From assembly GCA_964016885.1 (NCBI GenBank), contig OZ024741.1, positions 186,124,001 through 186,188,000 of the forward strand: DNA of 64,000 bases, written 5' to 3'. The position numbers and the translations under genes are program-made. Within the stretch, counting starts at the first letter, position 1; each line of letters starts with the position of its first letter. The notes below the pieces were generated by a model. The model saw nothing but the letters and a program-made list of their open reading frames with translations, was not told where the DNA came from and searched no databases. Source of the stretch: Eledone cirrhosa (lineage: Eukaryota). This document shows, piece by piece, positions 54,452 through 64,000 of this stretch.

Positions 54452-57400
54452 GAAAGTACCGCACCGCAACCCATATCAATCAGCGTTGGCCTGGTGTTAA
54501 ATAAAAACATTATCATCCCTGAGTTCAAATCCCGCCAATGTTAAATTTGCCTTTTCATCTTTTCAGGGTCGATAAAACAAAGTACCAGTAATGCACTGGG
54601 CACGATTCAATCGGCTTTGCCCTCTCCTCGAAAATTGTTGGCCTTGTGCCTAAATCAGAAACTATTATTAATGGTTTCAGATTTAGGCACATGGTCAACA
54701 ATTTTTTTTTGTTTTTTTTTTTTTTTGGGGGGGGGGGAGTCGATTATTCCGACCCCAATGTATTACTGGTACTTTGTTTTATCGACGCCGTAAGGATGAA
54801 TGGTAAAGTTAACAACAGCAGGATTTGAACTCAGATCTTAGAGCATGTTGTGCGACGCTCTACCGATACTGACAATCCACTGCCCTCAGTAACAATTATT
54901 GTTAAAAACACAACTACAATCGTTGCCACCGACAATACAACTAGTATTATAACCACTACCAACATTACTAACATGCTAATTAAACATGTACCCCAAATTA
55001 GGGATATATCATAACAAATTGTTGATGCTGTTGGTAGTGAAGATGTTCCTACTATTGTTGTTGTTTAGACATAGGTCAACCTTGATTGTGTAGACATATA
55101 ATGATTTCTAGTATAGGTACAATGCTAGTAATTTGTGGGGAGGGGAAAAGTCGATTAAATCGACTCCCAGTACGTTACTGGTACTTTATTTTATTGAGCT
55201 CGTAAGGATGAAAGGCAAAGTTAACCTCGGCGAGATTTGAACTCAGACCGTAAAGGACCGTAACTCTATGCTGCAAAGCATGAGTGTAGATGTATAATCG
55301 AAGACATTCTTACCACGATAATACAGTAATTTTGTATAATTTAATTTAAGATGGTGTGGGTGAAGAAAGATATTTAAGGGAATTTAGCAGTTGTGTTTAC
55401 CAGACTGCTTAACCAACTAGACTACCCTTGTAGTTCACTCTGAGATTGTGGATATTGTTGTGTTACTTTTTTTAAATCATTCTCATCTTATAGGCAATGG
55501 ATTGGCAGTTTCGGTAGAGGGCCGGACGCCATGCTTTGACGCATAGAGTTACTCTCCTTGCCATTCTGAGTTCAAATCCCGCCGAGGTTAACTTTGCCTT
55601 TTATCCTTACGGGGTCGATAAAATAAAGTACCAGTAATGCACTGGGTATTTGCTGGCCTTGTGCCAAAAGTAGAAAGAATTATCATCTTATAAGCGGTGA
55701 ATTGGCAGTATCGGTAGAGAGTCAGACATGCTGTCCAACATAGTTACGTCCCTTTATGATCTGAGTTCAAATCCCGCCGAGGTTAACTTTGCCTTTCATC
55801 CATACGGGGTCGGTAAAATAAAGTACCAGTAATGTACTGGGTAATTGCTCGCCTTGTGCCAAAAATAGAAACAATTATCATCTTATAGTTTCTTGTATTA
55901 CGTTGTTTGATGTGACTATTACAATTATTACAAATATATAGCTCTAAGTCATACACTATAAAGAAAGATCTATCATTAATTGCATTGCACCCGTGGTCAT
56001 CACGATCATGGATCTCAGGAACACGCTTTCTAACGAGTCATTTAAGAAAATGGGTGTCATTTGAGGGAAGATTGATTGTTGTATCTGGCAGGTCGACGAA
56101 CATATATGGGCTTCTTCGTTAGCTTGTATTGTTCTTGTTGTTAATAAGGCTGCTAAAGTTGTCGTTATTGTTGCCATTGTTGTTGATATCCTTACTGAGA
56201 AAAGGTAGCGGATTAGTAGAAGTTATTCTGGCTCTTTACATTCTAAGTTCAAATCTCGCCATAGTCAACTTTGTCTTTATTCCTACTTGGATCAATATAA
56301 TAAAGTACCAAACAAGATTTTGGATTGATTTAACCAACTTTGCTCTTCCTCCAAATTTGCTAATCTTGTGCTTAAAGTAGAAAACTAAATTCTTACATGC
56401 AACAAGAAATGATAGTTTCAGTGAAGAGTTCCGAGTTCAAATCCTGTCAGCTTTCACCTTACGTTTGCTCCATCTGTGGGGTCGATATATATACTGGTAA
56501 TACTATTTTCAGTTAAAGCAACCACACCCCATTCCTTACATGTTAATAACAAGCATTGATTTAGAGAATTGAATTGAGGGATATCATTGTTGTTCGTGTT
56601 AGTATTGCTGTTAACAGCGTCATTCTTGTTGTTACTCATATTTTAGCCACTATGCTTTTTGCTGCTGTTGTTGTTGTTGCAGTTGTTGTTATTAATGTAA
56701 TTGTTGTTACTATTATTAATGAAAATATTAGGGCAGTATCGGTAAAGTATCAGACACCAAGCTTTGCAGCATAGAGTTTTATCCCTTTGCGTTCTGAGTT
56801 CAAGCGCCACCGAGGTTAACTTTGCCTTTCATCCTTTCATCCTTTCATCGATTTAAATAAAGTACCAGTAATGCACTGGGGGAATTGATGACCTTGTGCC
56901 AAAAGTTGAAACAACTATTATTAATGATTAAGTTAGGGCGGTGGATAGGCAGTATCGGTAGAGCGTCAGACAACATGCTTTGCGGCATAGAGTTATGGCC
57001 CTTTACGTCATGTGTTCAAATCCCATAGAGGTTTGCTTTGCCTTTCATCCTTACGGGGGTCGATAAAATAAAGTACCAGTAATGTACTGGGATAGATTTA
57101 ATCGACTTTTCCCTCTACCAAAATTGCTTGCCTTGTGCCTAAAGTAGAAACTTTTATTAATGATTAAGTTATAGTCGCTATTGCTGTCTTTGTTGTTGTT
57201 GCTGATATTAGAGAGTCAAATAAGAGCGGTGGATTGGCAGTATCAGTAGAGGGAAGGACGCCATGCTTTGCAGCAGAGAGTTATGGTCCTTTATGATCTG
57301 AGTTCAAATCCCACCGAAGTTAACTTGGCCTTTCATCCTGACGGGGTCGCACCAGTTACGCACTGGGGTCGATTTAAACGATTCTCCTCTTCCCCCAAAT

Positions 57401-58030
57401 TGCTGGCCTTGTGTCTATATTGGAAACCATTATTTGGATTGGCAGTATCGGTAGAGGGTCGGACGTCTTGTTTTGACGCATAGAGTTACGGCCCTGTCAA
57501 TTCTGAGTTCAAATCCCGCCGAGGTCAACTTTGCCTTTCATCCTTATGGGGTCGATAAAATAAAGTACCAGTAATGTACTGCGTAATTGCTGGCCTTGTG
57601 CCAAAGGTAGAAACAATTATGAGTGAGTCAACTCCATTTTGAGCGTTTGTTGTTATTGTTGTTACTTTATTATTTTTGTTGTTATCGATACTGTGTTTCT
57701 TAAAATGGTTTCCTAGTTAATATTTGGTTCTTAACTCTATTTTGCTATTGTTGTTGTCCTTTTTGCAACTGTTATTATTGCACTTTGTTGTTTTTTTTTT
57801 TCTATTATTAATCGACTTGTTGTTGTCAACAGATTTATAGGCGAATCTGTACCGTTGTTGTGGTTTATTGTCTGCTGTTGTTTGTTTGGTGCTTGTACTG
57901 ACGTTAAGCGTCTGTTACTGATGCTACAATAGATGTCGATGTAATTGTTGTTAAAAGTATGATTTGTTGTAAACAATAATTACATACACTCCCCTTTACA
58001 CTCCCACACACTCATATATGTGTGTGTATA

Positions 58031-58066
<36 letters not shown>

Positions 58067-58088
58067 ATGTGTGTGTATTTGTATATAA

Positions 58089-58162
<74 letters not shown>

Positions 58163-58448
58163 CGAAGGAGTTGTGGTAAGGAACCAGATGGACCATAACG
58201 CACAAGAGTACTCAATACTTAGAGTAGTAGAGTGGGTAATAGGAAAAAGTATGACCCCGACGGGAGAGCTCAAGCCGTTTCGATGGCTATTATCCCAGAC
58301 CTTCACTGGTACTTTATTTTATCTACCCCGTAAGGGTGAAAGGCAAAGTTAACCTCGACGGGATTTGAACTAAGAACGTAAAGGGTCATAACTCTATGCT
58401 GTAAAGCATGGTGTCTGACACTCTACCGATGCTGCCAATTCACCGACC
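54065..58448. mobile_element. Cluster of about 13 SINE copies in both orientations
   Basis: Copies start near 54065(-), 54195(-), 54520(+), 54680(-), 55105(-), 55495(+), 55693(+), 56205(+), 56730(+), 56937(+), 57226(+), 57435(+) and 58305(-). Confidence 0.85.
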
Positions 58449-58718
58449 TGCCTCCATTTATCATACACCTATTCATGCATACATATAAGCACGTGCTTCG
58501 CGCGCTCCCAAAACAGCCAAACATACACACGCACATACTTTACGTAATTATAAGAGCAGCCACTGACAGACATACAACATAATATATATGCACACTGACA
58601 GACACTCTCATACACACATGCATGCACGCACACGCACACGCATATACACACATATGTACACCTATTTCTCTCTCTTTATATATAGGTATATATATATATA
58701 TGTATGCATGTATGTACT

Positions 58719-58750
<32 letters not shown>

Positions 58751-58961
58751 ATTCAATATAATAAAAAGAGATTAACAGATATATACATATCTGTGTTCAA
58801 ATTATGTGTGTATACATATATATATATATATACACACACTTATATATATATATATATAAACATGTGTATATATATATATTGTATATATATATTGTATATA
58901 TATGTATTGTATATATATATTGTATATATATATATTGTATATATATATTGTATATATATAT

Positions 58962-59042
<81 letters not shown>

Positions 59043-59773
59043 TCCGCATCTTGCAGGCCATTGGTCGAGATCTAGGTCAGATGCAATATGATTGGATAAT
59101 ATGTAGAAGAAACATATACCGTAAGTATAAATAAAAATAAAAATTAACTATATAAGTCTTAAAATGGACATGTATCTCTGATTTATTTTTGTTACTATGA
59201 TTATTATTTTATTTTATTATTTATATGCTGGATAAATTTGATTGGACAAGAGGAAAATAAATTACAAATGTAAATACAATTTTTATTCACACCTGCACTC
59301 TCTCCCACCACGCGAAACCTCATCTCACCAACATACACACAGTACAACACCAAAGCTATTATCGACAGTCAAGCTGACACAGCGCGCCATATATTTCAGT
59401 GTAGGGTCGATGACCGCTAAATACTACTTCGATTCATTACTCCTCCCTCTTAACCTTGAATTGTTTTTCTTTATGAAGCAGAGCATACATTTCATCGAGT
59501 ATTTAATAGCAAATATTGAAGATAATAATAATAGTTATAATAATAACGGAGATGATGGTGATGTTGATGATGATGATGATGATTGCAATATATATATATA
59601 TATATATAAATGTATATATATAAATTATATATATATATAAATTATATTTGTATAAAAATATATTTGTATAAAAATATAAACTTGTATATACATATATATA
59701 TAGATATATAAATTATATTTGTATAAAAATATATGTAAACAGGTATATACATATATATATATATATTTACACA

Positions 59774-59814
<41 letters not shown>

Positions 59815-60239
59815 TCGTGCGCGCGCGCTTGTGTGTTTTTGTTTGTCTGTATTTGTGTATATATGTATATAGCATTATTCAAGGTCAAAAATATGAAATG
59901 TGTATTCAGAAGCTTTAGAACGGGTATGATATAAAAGAAGGATGGGTAGATGAAATTAAAAGAGCAATTGTGTGTCGTTCATAATTAACACAAATAATAC
60001 AAATGGCGTCATTCATGTGATATGGCTTGAAACTGTAATCGAAACCGTGCCCGCTGTATTTATCCAATGAGACACAAACCATCAACGAGACAGAAACCAT
60101 CAACGTCAGTAAATAACAAAGCGTTTTTATTGTAAGAAAATCAAGGTCACGTTATTATCTAACGGGAAGATTTGAAGGAAATAAAATAAGTGTTTGTTGT
60201 AGTTGTTGTTTTTGCTGGTGTTGTTGTTGTTATTATTGT

Positions 60240-61150
60240 AGTGGAATGGCATTATCGGTAGTGTGTCGGATGCCATGCTTCGCAGCATAGAGTTACCGCC
60301 GTTTACGGTCTGATTCCAAATCCCGCCGAGGTTAACTTGGCCTTTTATCCTTACGGGGGGGGGGGGGTCGATAAAATAAAGCACCAGTAACGTACTGGGG
60401 TCGATCTAATCAACTATTACTCCCCCCCCCAAAAAAAAAATTGCTTGCCTTGTGCCTATATAAGGAACCATTGTTAGAGAAGGTAGGAGGAAATGAAACA
60501 AGTGTTTGTTGTTGTTGTTGTTGTAGTGGGGCGACAGTATCGGCAAATTGTCTGACGCCATGCTTTGTAGCATAGAGTTACGGCTCTTTATGATCTGAGT
60601 TCAAATCCCGCCAAGGCTAAATTTGCCTTTTATACTTACGGGGTCGATAAAATAAAGTACCAGTCACGCACTGGGGTCGATTTCATCGAATTCACCCCCA
60701 CCCCACCCCCCACCCACCCCCCAAAAAATGCTGGCCTTGTGCCTATGTTATAAACCATTATCGTAGTAGTTTGTGTGGCCATAATTATTGTGGTTCCTCT
60801 TGTTCTTACTGTCGTTGGTGTTCATGTTCTTGATGCTATTGATGCCGTCATTCTCGTGGTTGTTCTGGCTATTGATCATGTTGTCGTTGTTGTTGTTGCT
60901 GGCGTTTTTGTTATTATTATTGTTGTTTTTGATGCCATAATTATTTAGTTTTTGTAGGCGGTGGATTGGCAGTATCGGTAGAGGGTCGGACGCCATGCTT
61001 TGACGCATAGAGTTACGGCCCTTGCCATTCTGCGTTCAAATCCCGCCGAGGTTAACTTTGCCTTTCATCCTTACGGGGGTCGATAAAATAAAGTACCAGT
61101 AATACACTGGGTAATTGCTGGCCTTGTGCCAAAAGTAGAAACAATTATTA
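60240..61150 (+). mobile_element. Three head-to-tail SINE copies separated by (GTT)-rich spacers
   Basis: About 60240-60475, 60527-60760 and 60957-61150 (the best-preserved copy). Confidence 0.88.
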
Positions 61151-61827
61151 TTGTTGTTTTTGTTGCCATAATTATTGTGGTTGTTTTTATTATTGTAGGT
61201 TTTTTTTTGTTGCCATAATTATTGTTTGGTTGTTCTGATTATTGTTTTCGTTGTCGTTGTTGTGTTTCTGTACAGCTCTCATTTCAACCCCCGATAAAGC
61301 AATCAAATAAAAACCAGTCACGTCTATCCTGGTGAATTTAGTAGCTATTTCTGACTACATTATCCAATATCTCTTGTTCATATTTAAGACGTTCTATTGT
61401 GGCATTTATTTGGGTGAGATTTATAAATTCTTCATAGCTTTTTGCGACTCTTTTTGTTAAACAGAGCTACTGGGATAATACCATCCAAATTATCCATTAT
61501 TTAAGACCTACCACAATAGGATTAATTTGAGTGAGATTTAGCTACTGTACTTAGCAGGTTCATCATCTTATTTTTTCCTAAACATTATATCTAGGACTAC
61601 ATTATCCAACCTGTACTTTCTAAATTCATAATGGAAGTGTTTGTTTCGATGGGAACGTATCCGCTATTTCTAGTACTAGGATTTTTGACGTATGTGTGTA
61701 TGTGCATATGCATACATTTATATTATGAGTATATAAATATAAACGCGCAAATGCAGATACAAATACACACTCACCGATATACATTCACACAAATGCAGAA
61801 ATATTCACAGAAACACACACATACATT

Positions 61828-61891
<64 letters not shown>

Positions 61892-62939
61892 CTTACACAA
61901 ACACACACATACACATACACTCACACACAGCGTAGCAAATGATACGCCAGCCACTGTTTTGCTATAGTTTTTTTCATTACCCCCTTCCTTCCTTCCATTT
62001 ACGCACACATACATTCACACACACATACACATTGTGTGACGGACGGACAGAAGTCGCTCAAATTTATATATAGATGCATTCATTCTTTTACTGGTTTCAT
62101 TCTTGAGAGAGCTACAGGTATGCCTTATATTTTTTTGAGCAGCATATCTAGGATTGCATTGTCGAATGTGTTATTTATTCACTTACTTAAGACTTGCCGT
62201 GATATTTGTAGTCGATTTGTCGGTTATTTCTAACAGATTAACCGACCACGTAGTGGCTTCTGCTTATTGTTAGGAGTAGCTATACTTAACAGTATATGAC
62301 GCATGTTGGAGGAGGAAAGGAACCTTACTGATTTGCAGGAAGAGACGTGCTATGTCTGCTTTGAGTGGAAGTAGAAAGAGTCTGTATATGACGCCCATTG
62401 ACTTCTGAATAAATTGGGCAGAAACAAGGCGTGGATTTATATTATAATTTAAAGATAGAAGAATAAGTGTGATGAAGAATTAAAGTCGTCCAAAAAGACA
62501 TCAAAACCTTAAGCGCATTGAAATAGATTAATTTTATGAGAGAATGGAAATCGCTATATCGAACATGGTGAGTTATCAGGTAAAGGATCTCTCTGTTCAA
62601 AATAGTTTAGTGTAGTATAGGGTTCGAAACAGTTTTCGTTCAGTTAATTTTTCGAAAATATATTCACCCCCATTCGGTTTTGTCCGTACGTTGGCTTTAA
62701 ATCTCTTATCTCTTACCTAATACAGCAACCGATATATGGAAAATTCTAAAAAAAAGGTTTTTTTAATATCATTATTTTAGTTCCCAATAACTATAACAAG
62801 TAAAAGGTTATTTTACTTGCTTTTGTACAACTAATGAGGAACAGGTACCGGGGTTTCAAACTTTGAATGATGTTTGTCAATTTCGCATCTTTTATGCCGC
62901 AAATCATGTCAATTAATCAAGCAACAATGGAATGTTTGC

Positions 62940-63470
62940 TGCACAGTATCGCATCGCTCTAGGTTGGGCAACTTTCAACAAGAACACAGAACATCAAAAC
63001 GAGAGTTTCCTATCATTTGAAGGCTAAGATCTTTGATACTTACATTCTACCAGTTGTGTTATATGGTCTTGACTGTGTAAATTGGACGACAAGGTCACTT
63101 CAGAAGCTCTCTATATTCCAGAACCAAATCATGAGACTTATGACTGGCATGCGGTTTAGCGACCGTATCTGTATCAGTGAGCTGCTCAACATTACCAAAC
63201 TTAGACCAATTACATCAATTGTCAAGTCAAGAGTACTCAAACTATACGGCCATATAAAAAGATCAACTCGTGGTGTAAGTAGGTTATGCCTGGAAGGAAG
63301 GTTGGCAGGTAATAGAAGCAGAGACCGGCAGCCAAAACGATGGCTTGACAATGTCAATTTATGGACTGGACTTGATCTTTTCTCTTTGAACTCTGCTGCT
63401 GGTGATCGAACTTTGTGGAAAGAGATATCTCATGTTGATGCGCAGTCTGTAACTGGCGGAGTTTAGCATC
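62940..63470 (+). mobile_element. RTE-like LINE 3' fragment
   Basis: KAKIFDTYILPVVLYGLDC..LKLYGHIKR..LEGRLAGNRSRDRQPKRWLDNV..DRTLWK. Confidence 0.8.
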
Positions 63471-64000
63471 ACAAGAAGAATGCCGCAGATTTCAATTTTT
63501 TGTTGGCAGATAATATAGAGATAATTCAAAGAAGCCCTATCATATGGAACTTTTGTCAAAACATTGTAAATACATCTTAAATCGTCATATGGTTATTGAC
63601 AGTTATGTTAATATTCAAAGTAGCCCCGCACGTCGGTGCTACTTTGAATACTAAATATAACTATACGTTACAGAGTGAAAGGTATATGTATAACACATTT
63701 TATTGATATTTTAATTGAAGAAATTTTGACAAAAAAGAGTATTTAATTATACATACGACTAATGGAGTAGTATAATTATGCATCCTTGTGTCCCAGCAAA
63801 TAAGTGAATATTTTGGTTGTAAAATTGAATATTCGACAGGGATAGTCGACGTTCGGCCATATGTAACCTAGCAAATATATAAAAATTCTGCTATATGTCA
63901 TATTGACCAACAATTACCCCAGTGCATTACTGGTGTTTCATTTCATCGAGCCCGTAAGGATGAAAGGCAAAGTTAACCTCGGAGAGATTTGAACTCAGAA

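Noticed and set aside
60957-61050. tRNA gene
   Set aside because: A/B boxes are present but there is no proper cloverleaf; it is a SINE head. The same applies to 11870-11925

Overview
Eukaryotic, AT-rich, microsatellite-saturated DNA with no recognisable host protein-coding gene; it looks intronic or intergenic. The tRNA-derived SINE family and simple-repeat load suggest an octopus/cephalopod genome (inference). Nearly all short ORFs in the track are translations of (TA)n/(CA)n/(GA)n/(GAA)n. The real content is mobile DNA: (i) a Penelope-like element (RT + C-terminal GIY-YIG, Hydra-clade-like) with a long open ORF at 37871-39770 and a decayed second copy at 22958-28230; (ii) a GC-rich CRE-like RT/REL element inserted cleanly inside that second copy; (iii) three copies of a Tx1/L1-like LINE; (iv) R4/Dong and RTE fragments; (v) about 20 SINE copies, MITEs and a small LTR-like element; (vi) several long fold-back palindromes. 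The strongest signal outside the ORF track is a set of hammerhead-ribozyme motifs from four different repeat families. One family shows two compensatory base-pair changes between its copies, and another has a non-canonical CAGAAGA core with an extended stem I. The SINE and the Tx1 LINE also appear to share a 3'-terminal motif. All calls were made by eye; no searches or folding programs were run, and element boundaries are approximate.
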